The position numbers and the translations under genes are program-made. The notes beneath the pieces were generated by a model, which saw only the letters and a program-made list of their open reading frames with translations, was not told the DNA's origin and searched no databases. Below are positions 38,480 through 51,010 of a stretch of DNA of 63,747 nucleotides, one piece after another (position 1 is the stretch's first letter; each line of letters opens with the position of its first letter). Source of the stretch: Toensbergia leucococca (taxonomy: Eukaryota); contig JALDZS010000142.1 of NCBI GenBank assembly GCA_022813965.1, forward strand, positions 1 to 63,747. Direction: 5' to 3'.

Positions 38480-39400
38480 ACCATGAGCTCTTATTCAAGA
38501 GCGTCTATTTCATTGCAGCTTGGACGAAACGCCTCTATGACAAATAGGCGCCTAGAAGCAAGGACAAATGAGTCCGAGGCCTCAATTACCTCATCACTCG
38601 CGGAGATGATAGATCTCACTGCCAGAGCTATCAAACACTTGACTGATAAATCACATGAGCCACCTGGAACAACGCAAGTTCTTTTCATCGGGCTCTCTTC
38701 GGTACTCTACTCTACAAGGGATGGATGAATATATCGCACGTAGCAGCCTGTGCTGAAATCTCAGCGCTTCAAGCGCCCTCAAAGACTCGATGTATATTTC
38801 TTAGGCCTAATGGCCTCATTACCGGCTCCAAAAGTAAGAGACCGAAAACGAGATTCAAAAAAAGGATGAAGTGACGAAAGAAGTGGAGGAGGTGAAGAAC
38901 GTACACGGGTATAAGCACGCCCGCAAAGATTTGGTTGCGGCAAAGGCCCAATCTATCCCTTTCAAGATGTAGGTTACAAATTTCTCGCTGCCTTTTCTCT
39001 TTGCAAGAAGCACTGACTTTCTACAGTACTCTTTCCAACGGCCGTGTCGATAATCAGAACAAGTGCCTACAGCGGCACGATCATACGTACCGCCGGCTCT
39101 ATTGACAGAACCTATCTGCCTAAGATGTTCCAAAAGGATATACCTGGCGCAAGTACCCTGTGAGAAATCAGGGACGGGGAAATGTTGATATTGCACCAAC
39201 ACTCACGATTTCTGTCATTAATACTGTGGGCTCGGCTCCGTAACGCCGCTGGTTTGTACTGACTTGCTCAGATACCTCCCTCATTCAATCAACAGGTTAA
39301 TGCGCTATTGCATAAGCGCAATCGATACTCTAGAAATCTGGACGCCGAAATTGGCAAAGCTTTAACCATGAAGAATGAAGCTTAAATCAGACAGGTACAA
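38480..39400 (+). pseudogene. Degraded gene with a six-Cys zinc-cluster-like motif, probably TE-associated
   Basis: PICLRCSKRIYLAQVPCEKSGTGKC*YCTNTHDFC at ~39110-39216 within a stop-interrupted frame. Confidence 0.45.
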
Positions 39401-40699
39401 AGCTCCCTGACTCACTCAAATATGTTTGATAAAGCCTCAAAATCAGGCTCATGCAAGATGTACTGTTGCTTATGTTGGTGGTGTATTTTCTCTTCTTCAA
39501 CCTTTTCTCTTCATCTATCTTGATAGCATCATGACTCACAGTAGATCTGTATACTGTTCTGTCTTCAGATGATTCAGTCTCTTGCCTTCATTCATCTATC
39601 TCCTCTTCTATCTTCAATCATCTAATCTCTACTGTCTGATCTCTGCCGTTCAGTTTCTTGCCTTCTTCTGTCATTTTCTGTTGCCTGATCTTCTGTGTCA
39701 TCTGACTCTATGAGAAAACCTTTTAGAACCTTTCATGAAGGGGAGAAAGCTTTCTTTAAAACTTCTGAAAAGTCTTTTACTGATCAGGGCTGAGAACAAA
39801 TCTGCCGAAATGAGAAGAACTTGTCTCATGCATGAGCACACGATGGATTTCAGATATGCGGTAAGTCTTTAGAGTCTTGGGTGTCTGTGGCCTGAGGCGC
39901 CGTAGCCAACGATGAAAAACCTCCAAGCTTCATTTAAATCCTTTAACCAATGACTGGCGTAGGTGGGATGATAGACTTGAGGTAGGAGGGGCTGCTAGAC
40001 GAAAGAACTATCGAGTGCTGAAGAAATGTTCAGTATCAAAGAAACCCAAAAACTAGTAGAAGATCAGATATTCCTATCGTCATGCGTGTTGAGGAAGCGT
40101 AACGTTTCAGCGGCACTCCTAAGTCCTCCGCCGAGCAACACAAGCAGGTCAAGCTCGTCATCTACTACCTCTGCGTCAGTGCTTACATTATGATTTCCCT
40201 CTACCTCAAATCACAGCTTTGAGATTCCCACAGCCGAGACCAGTATTGCTGCTCTTGAATTCATCGGCTTTAATACTCTGACAGCAACCGCCATCTACAA
40301 CAGGTGGGATGGCCGACCAGACCCACACCGAAATCCCGATGATCTTATCGACTACGTCTACGGTGACATCTTACAGCTGAACTCGGCGTCTTTCCAAGAC
40401 TATACCCACCGAGGAGAAAAATGAGGGGGATGCTTCCCCGAACGAATCCGACGAGGATGAGGAGAAGGCTGCCGCGGCTGCCGCTGACGATGAAGACGAG
40501 GAGGGGGAACCAGTGTGCAAACACTTCGAGGTTAATAACTTCCATCGTACGAATAAAACAGACTACAAACATGTGAAAGCGCGAAAGGTTGGCCAGTCCC
40601 GAACAGCCATCGTTTCTCGACCCCTAGGGAAATCCGAGATGATATTCACTTCCATGGCCTTACGTGCAAGGATGACGGTGGGTCCATGTCCACTTTCTT

Positions 40700-41830
40700 C
40701 AAACTACCTTCATCGCTTCAGCATCAGGACTTACACCCGTAAACAGTCAAGTGTATGAACAGGTCAACGAGATTTTTTACAGCGTCACCCATTCTATTTC
40801 TTGGACTTACAAAGCACACGACTATTCCTCTTCAGCAGGATTGGTCTTGCAAATATTACGATTCTTGGTCATGATTGCCATCTTCTCATACCTTCAAATG
40901 TTCAGTTTGTATCATCAGGTTCTTTCAGGAGACAAGCTAGTACACGATTACTGGCATATTGGTTCTAGCTCAAAGATATGTCTGAAATCGTACTCACCAA
41001 ACTTCGACGACTCAAGTCATATATGTGGCAAAAGACTGAGGATATTATATGTCTTTCTGCTGACAACTGTCTGACAAGCTATCAAAGAAAGGGGCACGGA
41101 GAAGCAACGTTTTTCCCTTCACGTTGGGACCACATGGTAGTGAGTTTGATGTTGTTATTGATACTTTACAAGGATTTGTCACTCTGGATTGAGGAATAGA
41201 GATAATCATCAATGAAGAAAAGAAGATTGTGTGTCCATATATCATGGCATACTTGGGTGACATGCCACAGCAGCCAATGCTAAATTCAAACATCAGAACG
41301 CAAAAAGAGAATGTCAATACTGCATGATATCATCTGACACTCGCGGTCAACTTGATTTTGACATTGTTGATTTAGGACGTTATCACCATCAAACCTTACA
41401 GCTCTGAGCATTAGTCAATAGTAAAAACAAAACTCAGAGAGAAGTGTTTTGTGTTGAGTTAGGTCTTGCAGAGAAAGAGTCTTCACTTGTCAAGCTCTCA
41501 CCTGCATTAGACATAATTCACACTCATCCTGCTGATTCATGTTATTCAGAATACGCTGGAATGGCTAAACTGACAAGTTCAACCTCTCAACGCAATCAAA
41601 GCGTCTCACCTGCCCTGTTCAATCCTGGCTTGCATTTCAGATCCCCCATCCTTCAACCCAAGGGAGCAGCGATGATGATACTGACACTAAAGCTGCGACA
41701 GCCCACAAAGAAATCTGGGGAATATGGGCAACATGCAAAAGCGCCCGAACATGCACATTGCTCTCCATTTTGAAGATGTCGCTAAGGAGTATGGGACTCC
41801 GAATAATTGCAATGTCTTCATTGGGGAAGA
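40700..41830 (+). mobile_element. Degenerate DNA-transposon transposase (CMC/Plavaka-like, tentative)
   Basis: CpG-poor; ordered fragments CPYIMAYLGDMPQQ, PALDIIHTHPADSCYSEYAGMAK and NVFIGEDKHR resemble fungal transposase-like proteins (recognition only); frameshifts and stops. Confidence 0.55.
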
Positions 41831-42471
41831 CAAACACCGTTCCCAAAGCAAAAGGCAAAGCCTAAGTAACGTTACCAGAGCGAAAAAGGGGTAGTCCGCT
41901 TAGGTGGTTGATTTGTTTTGGCAAAGATGGTGGGTTTGATAGCGTGCAGATTGTTAGACGCAGAATAGTAAGCTACCTACCTTAGCTAGGTACAAAATAG
42001 GGGTCCATCAGCCCCCAAGAATCTTTGCCTTTTTTCATCACCAACAAAGGCGTCCTCCCACAAAAAAAAAAGATAGGGGATGGATGCACTGAGCTGACCG
42101 CTAAATCGAATCACCGAACCAGAGTACCCGCCCCCATCAAAGCAGGCCACAGTATATATCATCAGAAAAGACATCTCAAGCTTCATGACAATAGAGAGAG
42201 TCCCAGGTGTGGCGGTGACAAAGACAAGGTTTCTTCTTAAAAACAGCATGTGTAGCAGCCTCAACCTCGCTTTTGGACGCAAGATAGAGATTCGGTGGTA
42301 TCAAAGCACGCATGGCTTAGATAGTATCTTTGGACTGGTGTGTGAGTGGATGTGGCTGAGATTCAAGGGGCCTTTGGGTTGGAAGTGAGGACACTGTCTC
42401 CCTAAAGCGGAATCTGTACAAGGTAGATACAGCGATCTCAATCAACGGAAAGGGGCCATAAGAATTAATCT

Positions 42472-44718
42472 TCAACGCACATGGCGTGAAGTCTCCCCTC
42501 TCACTTCCTGACCCAAAACCCCCAGCGCCTCAGCATACGCCCTCCTCTCCTCTTCACCAAACACATCTAGACCCATATCAACCCTCACCACCTTCCTACC
42601 CGGGCCTCTCCTCACCAACCCACTTCTAGCAATCTCGTTCCAAAACCATCTCGCCTGGTGATGAGCCACCAAAGTCGTAGCTTTGCCCTCCCTTCCCATC
42701 CGTGCCGTCCTGCCAACACGATGTATGTAGCTGGTCAAGCTGGTAGGCATGTCGTAGTTGACTACATGGGCCAGATCTTGAATATCCAGACCTCTGGAGG
42801 CACGGTCCGAGGCGATTAGTATGGAGATGGTGCGAGCGGCGAAGGCGGAGAGGGCTTTACGGGTTGTGGTGGTGGAAGATTTGGTTAAGGTGGCGATCTG
42901 GGGAGCGAGAGAAGGGGAGAGAAGGGATAGAAGGCGAGAGAGGCGGGTGACAGACTCGTTGTTGGCGGTGAAGATAAGGGTACCGTGGGTTGAGAGCGCT
43001 TCTGTGGCTCCTGTGACTAGAAGCGTGGATGAAGGCTGGCTATCACGAGACGGCGATGGTGATGTCGAGCTACTGGAAGACTGCTCGCCGTCGGATGACG
43101 AGAACGTCTCGTCGTCTTCAGGGGTTTTGCTCGGCGGAGCCTTTGTGGAAGATTTGAGAAGATGTAACTCACGGATGCGCCTGAGCAGCTCCAGCAAGTA
43201 CAACGGCTTTTCCTCAGGGTTGACTATTGGGACGGCATATTCTTCTAGAGTAGCTGCCAAACCAACTTTGTCAGATGGATGCGACGAGTCTTCTTCCGCT
43301 ATACTCCCAGAATCAAGTATAATCATCTGTGGCCGTTTGAGCTTAAGTGCGGTCAGCTTGCTGATGTCCTTTGTCATTGTAGCACTGAGAATGATCTTTT
43401 GAACTTCTCTACGATGGATGGTATGAAATGTGTATGACATTTGCTTTTCTAGTGGGTCAAGTTCCTTCATGACCTCAAGGGCAGGCATTACAAGATCGAC
43501 CCAGTCTTGATAGCTTTCATTGAGTAATCGGTCAACTTCATCAATTACGAGCCACTGCACATGCTCCAACGTGAAGCCTTTTGTAGAATGCATATGTTCG
43601 ACTAGACGGCCAGGAGTGCAGATGAGGATATCAACCTTGGACACATACTCTAGGACATGATACTCAGGGCAATCACTATCATCATCAGCACCTAGAATAC
43701 TATCCATATCCCAGTTCATCAGATCTCTTTCTTCGTTCGCCGATTTGTCTCGGTTCTTTTGATATTCATCTGGATCGTATCTGTTCTCTTTTGCGACGAG
43801 CTTGTTCTGCTCCTTCTTCAACGGGGTTTTACCAGCAGCTGTCCCAATTTTCAGTCTAGTACCGGAGCTACACATCTCGAAAGTCTTTCGTACTTGGGTG
43901 ACAAGTTCTCGGGTAGGGACTACGACTAGCCCTCTCAGTCTAACGACGGGTTTATTCCGTAGGTTCTCTACCAATGGTAAGGCGTAGGCGAGTGTTTTCC
44001 CAGATCCTGTTGCTGCCGATATGCATATATCGCCAGAGTAATGCTTCGGGCCAGGAAGAAGCATGGGGAGGACAGTCGTCTGCACGGCGAAAGTATCATG
44101 AAAGCCTTTATCTTTCAGGCCCTTGCTAATACGTGGGTACAAGGAGAGCTTATCAAAGGCAATACTCTCCACGGACGATGCGATAATAGGGGTTTCAAGC
44201 CAGTCTGGCAAGGCGGAAAAAGCGGAAAGTTTTGGCGCTGCTGAAGGCTTTTCTGGTTGTGGCAATGGTACGAGACCACGAGTCTCGACTTTTATTGTAT
44301 CAGGCTGCTCTTCTGGTAATTGCATGTCTTGTGACACAGTCGAGGCTAACATGGTAGACTTTTCGAACTTATCGCGAATTTTTCTATGCTTTGTTTCCCC
44401 CTCAATTAGCCCAGGCTTCCCAAGTCCACCATCTTCATTGATGGTATCTTCAATATTCCTCTCAGCCTCCTCGATGAGATCTTTCCTTTTCTTCTTTTTC
44501 TTCTTCTCCTTCTTCCTTTCTTGCTCTGAGGAGTGAGGAGGCTCGTCGTCATTGGGATGTTGGGGGTCACTGTGATTTGTCTCAATTTGGGGCTGTTCGG
44601 TGGTCAAGGCTTTCTTGCGTTTCTTAGTTGGTCGATGCTGTTGATCGATGTCGTCTGGCTGCAAGTCTATTGTCGGCTCCGACGGCGGTATATAGCGGGA
44701 GTAGAATGGGTAAGCCAT
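42472..44718 (-). CDS. DBP6: DEAD-box RNA helicase Dbp6 (60S biogenesis)
   Basis: Intronless; likely start MAYPFYSRYIPP at 44718; FAVQ, GDICISAATGSGKTLAYALP, PTRELV, TPGRL, DEVD, SAT, SRGLD, HRVGRTAR. Confidence 0.93.
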   Translation of the reverse strand: MAYPFYSRYIPPSEPTIDLQPDDIDQQHRPTKKRKKALTTEQPQIETNHSDPQHPNDDEPPHSSEQERKKEKKKKKKRKDLIEEAERNIEDTINEDGGLGKPGLIEGETKHRKIRDKFEKSTMLASTVSQDMQLPEEQPDTIKVETRGLVPLPQPEKPSAAPKLSAFSALPDWLETPIIASSVESIAFDKLSLYPRISKGLKDKGFHDTFAVQTTVLPMLLPGPKHYSGDICISAATGSGKTLAYALPLVENLRNKPVVRLRGLVVVPTRELVTQVRKTFEMCSSGTRLKIGTAAGKTPLKKEQNKLVAKENRYDPDEYQKNRDKSANEERDLMNWDMDSILGADDDSDCPEYHVLEYVSKVDILICTPGRLVEHMHSTKGFTLEHVQWLVIDEVDRLLNESYQDWVDLVMPALEVMKELDPLEKQMSYTFHTIHRREVQKIILSATMTKDISKLTALKLKRPQMIILDSGSIAEEDSSHPSDKVGLAATLEEYAVPIVNPEEKPLYLLELLRRIRELHLLKSSTKAPPSKTPEDDETFSSSDGEQSSSSSTSPSPSRDSQPSSTLLVTGATEALSTHGTLIFTANNESVTRLSRLLSLLSPSLAPQIATLTKSSTTTTRKALSAFAARTISILIASDRASRGLDIQDLAHVVNYDMPTSLTSYIHRVGRTARMGREGKATTLVAHHQARWFWNEIARSGLVRRGPGRKVVRVDMGLDVFGEEERRAYAEALGVLGQEVRGETSRHVR

Positions 44719-45008
44719 TGTAAGGAAGAAGGTGAAAGGAAGGAAGTTGAATGAAGAGATGGATAAGAAGAGTCCGCATATCAAAAGTTGGACTTTTCTG
44801 CCACTGCCACCGCCTTGAAAACTGTGAGGCCAAAAGTTACTCCGGTCCGTCACTTATATAGGCTAAATCCAAAGCAGTCTAGTGCCTCGACTGCACCTCA
44901 TCACCCTCTCGATAGATACTTATCATATTCCGTAGGCATGGAAACATTGCTCTGCCTCTGCCTCTGCCCAGCAGCTTCAGCTCATGCCGTTTCTTCCCAC
45001 CTCTCAAC
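44719..45008. promoter_or_regulatory. Compact bidirectional promoter DBP6/SPT14
   Basis: 290 bp between divergent ATGs; TATATA at ~44855. Confidence 0.6.
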
Positions 45009-46597
45009 ATGGCCTACAATATCGCCATGGTCAGTGACTTCTTCTTTCCACAGCCGGGCGGAGTCGAAAGTCACATCTATCAACTATCTACCAAGCTCAT
45101 CGACCGTGGCCACAAGGTCGTCATCATCACCCACGCCTATCAAGGTCGTACAGGTGTCAGGTATCTCACCAATGGCCTTAAGGTCTATCACGTCCCCTTC
45201 TTCGTCATCTATCGCGAGTCAACCATGCCCACCGTCTTTTCCTTCTTTCCAATCTTTCGAAATATCATCATTCGAGAATGTATCGAGATTGTACATGGCC
45301 ACGCAAGCCTGAGTAGTCTTTGCCATGAAGCAATTCTCCATGCGAGGACCATGGGTTTGCGTACCGTTTTCACTGATCATTCCTTATTTGGCTTTGCCGA
45401 TGCCGCCAGCATCTTGACCAACAAGCTGTTAAAGTTCACTCTGAGTGATGTGGATCATGTCATCTGCGTTAGCCACACTTGGTATATATCATGAGAAAGT
45501 ATGACTGACCTACATACTAATGATTTGTTGACAGTAAAGAAAATACGGTTCTTCGTGCTTCTCTGGACCCGTTGATGGTATCTGTTATCCCTAATGCTGT
45601 CGTTGCAGAGAATTTTCAGCCTTTGTCTTACAATGCAAGCAACAAGAAGTTATCGCCAGGAAGCTATCAGGATATGCCCCCTCCCCCACCGCCACCTCAA
45701 CACCTTGGACCACATGATGTAATTACTATTGTCGTAATCTCCAGGCTTTTCTATAACAAAGGTACCGATCTACTCATAGCCGCCATACCTCGAATTCTAG
45801 CTAGCGATCCAAATGTTCGATTCATCATCGCAGGCTCAGGACCCAAGGCCATAGATCTCGAACAAATGCTTGAACGTCGGGTATTGCAGGATCGTGTCGA
45901 GATGCTTGGCCCTGTCCGGCACGAAGAGGTTCGAGATGTCATGGTTCGAGGTCATATATATCTACATCCCAGTCTAACTGAAGCTTTTGGTACCGTCATT
46001 GTTGAAGCTGCTAGCTGTGGTCTCTATGTCGTGTGTACTCGCGTCGGTGGAATACCCGAAGTACTACCTCAACACATGACGACTTTTGCGAAACCCGAGG
46101 AGGATGATTTGGTAGAAGCAACTGGCAAAGCAATTTCAGCCTTGAGAGCTAACAAGATCCGAACCGAGCGCTTCCACGATCAAGTAAAGATGATGTACTC
46201 CTGGACAGATGTTGCCGAGAGGACCGAGAGGGTCTACGATGGAATCACTGGTGCCCTTAGTGAAGAAGAATTCTATGGCGACAACTCTGGCGGCGGATGG
46301 TCTGCTACCCGAGGTCGAGCAGGTGTACAAAGCTTTGCACTTATTGATCGGCTCAAGCGATACTATGGTTGTGGTATCTGGGCTGGAAAGCTCTTTTGTC
46401 TTTGCGTGGTCATTGACTATCTTATTTTTGAGTTCCTCGAGATGTGGGCCCCTCGTGCAAATATTGATATTGCCAAAGATTGGCCAAAGAAACTATCTTT
46501 GCACAATAAAAGTACCAGTCCAGCGGATTTGGATACAAAACCACCACGGAAAAGGAGCACCAGGGATAAGTCTATCAAACGGGATAGGTGGCCTTGA
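45009..46597 (+). CDS. SPT14: GPI GlcNAc-transferase catalytic subunit (PIG-A/Gpi3), 2 exons
   Basis: [47 protein letters not shown]. Exons 45009-45481 and 45535-46597. Confidence 0.97.
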
Positions 46598-47499
46598 CAA
46601 TACCTACGACTTTGGTCTAATTCACACTCGACATCGTCTGACAAGCTTTCCGGCAAATGTTCTGCTCTGACAAGCACTATACCATGAATTATAGCAGCTA
46701 TGTGTCTCTATGAGTTTCCTGACTAGATCTTAGATTGCAGACGGATACCTCATTGGATAAATATAAACGCACGATAGGTCACTATAGATCATTCCGAATG
46801 TGCACATAAAGATGATTGACAATTCATCTCTATCCGTTGCCACTCAGTGTTTGAACAGTCTTGCTCTCAGCATTACTACTCTGTAGGAAAGCTTTTGTCA
46901 AATGGGGTAAAGGCCAGAGTCAACATACATGCATAAACATCAATTCCGAGAGCATCGAAAGTCGAGAGGAGGAATTGTGAAAACACCACCCAAGGAGGGA
47001 CTCTCACAGTCGAGCACTAATCTTACTATAGTGTCTTTTGGATTATGAAGACCTGCAAAGCCAAGTACGCAACTATGATGGCCTCGAGGGATATTGCTCC
47101 CAACGACATGTCCCTGCTAGACAAAAGAACCAAATAAGTCGAGGGATCAAGACCGTCCCATGAATAAACTCTGGTGTTACAAGTCGCCGAGCCAAGTACC
47201 GGCTAGGGACATTTGCTAGGTACGATAAGTCCGAGAGTCAGTATGATGCGGCTTCTTTGTATGGTATATCTATGTCTCAAACTCCGCCCTTCTCACACCT
47301 GCAATTCTATCTAGAGCTTCGACAAGTCAGATTACAAGGCTCAATCAGCAAACCGTAGTGAAGCCACATCTCTGCAAGAGGATCGGATGAGGACTTTGAA
47401 ACAGACCTCCCATCAGTGTAGCTACTGAAAGCCAAAATTTCACGTCGACTTCACTCACTTCAAACTCCTAAATGAATCCTCCTCACTTACATCAACATA

Positions 47500-49352
47500 C
47501 TACCAACCCTCTATCACTGTTACCTTTGCCCTCAGCTTGTCCTTGAAAGCAACGGTGACCTGCTGAGTCACTCTTGGCAGGGGTTGATCGTCCAAGAACT
47601 CGATCTCGAATCTTCCGAAGATACCCGATAGCAAGCAGTTTAGCTCCGCTTTAGCAAATTTCTCGCCGACGCAAGTCCTTGGTCCCGCTCCAAAAGTCAG
47701 CCAGCTGTAAGTGCTTTCTGCGCCCCCTCGGCCACTCAAATCGTCTAGCCACCTCTCTGGATTGAAGTCGCGAGCGTCTGGACCCCAGAGCGGAATTGAT
47801 CTTTGCATGGCCCATGGCGAGAAACTAATGGACAGACCCGCCGGAAGCGAGTATCCACAAAGCTCTGTTTTCTTAATCGGTTTGCGACCATACCAGCTGA
47901 AAGCGCTGTGTAATCTCAAGACTTCGTTCCGCACCGCTCTCAGATATGGCATCGAATCAAATTCTTCCAATGTTGTGGCTTGCTGCAAAGACGGCGAGGA
48001 AACTTTGGACCGAATCTCTTGGCGCAATTTCCGCTGTATGTGGAGGTTTTTGGGTTGAGCAAGCCACCAGATCGTCGAACAAACGGTGGCTGCTGTTGTG
48101 TGCACGCCTTTAATATCGGTATTAGTAAAAAGAATCAAAACATTCATCAATCTTGGTTCTTACCACCAGCTTGCATCATCATGAAGTTGCTCAGTAATTC
48201 AGGATCCGAAAGTTGTTCAGAAGCCACGAGAGTATCCATAATGTCAGCTGGAAGTTCATCTCTGAAGGGAGGTTCATTCTGCATTCTGGCTTTTTTCTCA
48301 GCTATTATTCTCGAACCTAAAGCCCTGATCTCGTCAATAGATTTGGCTGTGACTCGATTGAAGTGGATTGGCAAGGCGTCTACTGCCCATGTTGGAAGAG
48401 CAAAGGCCGATAACATTCGCAATTTGTTCGAAGGTGATGGTTCGAATGCCATCCGATAGTCGTGCAATTTTTCGTACAATTCTTGAGGCTGGCTAATGCT
48501 TTTGAAGTCGAATCCAAAGCTTGCTAGACCAATAATGTCGAATACTGCCCGATTGATAAAGTCATCGATATCCATGTTACACGATATTGGGCTTCCACAA
48601 GTCTCTCTATTGTCGATGTCTTCCTCGTAGGAGATGTTGACTTCCTCGGAGACCGAGTCCAATTTTCCATCCACAGTCTTCTCCACATAGGAAACATGAA
48701 TTTGCTTGGAGATCGAGTCCGTTTGTGACTCGGTCGGATTTTCAATGTAAGAAACGTATGAAGAGGAAGCGTTGATATGTTTGGAGATCGAGTTCACCAA
48801 CTCAACTGTTTTCGACCAAAATAGGTTGTGAAACTCTCGAATGCGCTGATGTTTGAATGCGGGTACCGTCACTCTTCGATGACGCTTATGAATGTCACCT
48901 TCCACGACAACAAGACCTTGACCTGCTACACGTTGGAGATGGGTTTTCTGGGCATACTGCTTTTCAAAATCGTATGGTCTTGCCTGCAAAACCTCCCGGA
49001 CAAGTTCGGGTGAGGTCAGGAGCACCCGCTCCATGTTCAAGAAGCCAAAATATCGGATGAGCCCCTGATTGGGTACAGTATCGATCCACTGTTCCAAATG
49101 GAATGCGTTTGGTTCTTTGAATAGTCGTTGTCTTAACGGTGCTTGTGGTGGCCTAGGAACGTGCTTCAATGGACTGAAGTAAGGGTTTACCAAAACCAGC
49201 AGCAATACAATAGCGATAGATTGGACGAACAGAAGACCGAGGAAGGTGTTGAGTAAAGTGATTAAAGAGAAGCTCTGCCATAATCTCGCACTCAAGATGG
49301 TGCCGGCACAGGCAAGAGTCACGGTTCGGCTAAGGTAATGTTGGAGAACCAT
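47500..49352 (-). CDS. Cytochrome P450, 2 exons
   Basis: N-terminal membrane anchor, EVLR (ExxR), PERW, FGAGPRTCVG heme motif; intron 48108-48163. Confidence 0.95.
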
Positions 49353-50029
49353 TTTGGCGCACGTCTATTACAACAAAAGCTGAAAAGAGCTGCCATGAGC
49401 ATGAGGGAGCCTCTTAACCTTCATAGCTTTTAAGTACAGTGTTCATGCGGGAAACTGTGTCTCACTAACAGCATGAGGATTGGAATGCAGCTCCTCTGCC
49501 ACGCATGAGTCTTTGGGTTCCACTCGGTCTAGACGTCCATGATTATGTTAGTTGCTGATCCCGAAGGAGGGTACGACGATCTCTATCTTGTGGGGCATGT
49601 TGCATAATGCTTGGGATGTCATTTGAAAGACCTGCATTAGGTACGAGTAGCGAATGAGGCCAAACATCAAGGAAAGTGGCGGATCAGCCGGCAGAGGAAT
49701 ACCGCTATCTCACTTTCCTCAAACACAGCTTTCACCAAAGTGAGATAGAGTCATCTATAAATACAGCAGACTCAATTGGTAGATCAAAGTCCATGGGGCG
49801 GAACGGGCGACTATTTTCTACGTCAGATATCTGCAACGAGTCGGTCTTTCTGAGTATCGCGCTGATTACATGTTCTCTCGGGCGTGAAAACATGGATTGG
49901 TCACTCCAGTCAATTTTTCTACTTGAATCCATCACATCGTCACTTCACCTTGATAGGATGAATCGGATCAACGCCTGAAGATGAGGTGCGTGGCACAGCA
50001 CTCACTGTTAAATACGCATCTATGTCTGG

Positions 50030-51010
50030 TACTTACCGGACGCCTTCAAAGTGCATGAATGCCTACCTATTTTGGTGACGCTCTTTAGGAGGAGCACTAA
50101 AACCGGGTTATGATCATTACGGGCCTATCGTTTGCCCAAGCTATACCAGATTTGGGACCTCCCTCCGATCGTCTACCGCTCTGGAACGATCCAATGCTTC
50201 TTTAGTACTCTACCCATACACCACTCCATACTGCCCTCGTCCTTCGGTTCCAGCTTGAAATCTTCTTGCCATACGTCCGGAAAATGTCAAGGCCAATCCA
50301 GCCAACCCACCTCCAGCCACAAGTTTCGGTGGAAAAGCTTCCAGCGGCTAGCCCGATCGCTTGGTCGACAAATAAAACTACCATGTAGAGGCACATAGCT
50401 TGGCTTCTTACAAGGGGAATCCGGAATTCAACCGCCGTTTCAGTTGGAATGGCAAATGAAGTACTATCGACTACTCCAACAAGGAACCACCATAAAAGAA
50501 TTACCGTCACATTCTGGACGATAGTCAGAGAAATCTGAAAGACGACAAAGAAGACGCAGCCAATAAGTAACGATCGGGCACATCCATAGGCTTCTGAGAA
50601 CGGCCCTATTTCAGCGGTCCTAAGACTGATTTATTCTACGGAAATTCGATACAGTAGATTTTAAGCACCTGCGACAAAGCCAAAAACATAAACACTTAAC
50701 ATCTGTAGCCATGACTTCTTGACTCCAAATTTAGCAGACATGACAGCCAAGGCTGGAGCAAACATACTGCTGGAAAAGGAGGTGGAGAAAGAGATGGCGC
50801 AGATAGCTACGACGACCAGCTTTTTTTCTGACTTGGTGACCAATTAATTGGATTTTGCGGGTCTTGAGGTCCATCTCAGGTGACGAATTTAAAGACCCGG
50901 TTTTAGTTGTCTAGTTATTCGGCAGTGTCAACAACATGCTTTTCAACTCCAAACACTACGGCAGTAGATTGATTGCGATGGCTTGGTGTCAAATCAACCA
51001 TCTTTTCGGG
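50030..51010 (-). pseudogene. MFS drug:H+ antiporter (DHA1-like) pseudogene, N-terminal half only
   Basis: DGPQDPQNPINW, FSSSMFAPAL, SVYVFGF, SEAYG, GWRWVGW in order with stops and frameshifts. Confidence 0.85.

Noticed and set aside
22900..42400. Starship-type giant element spanning the accessory tract
   Set aside because: No DUF3435 tyrosine recombinase or boundary repeats recognisable.
42821..43402. Long antisense ORFs over DBP6 and other genes
   Set aside because: Shadows of real coding sequence on the opposite strand.
43525..43545. DEVD instead of DEAD in DBP6
   Set aside because: DEVD is a tolerated motif II variant; other helicase motifs are intact.
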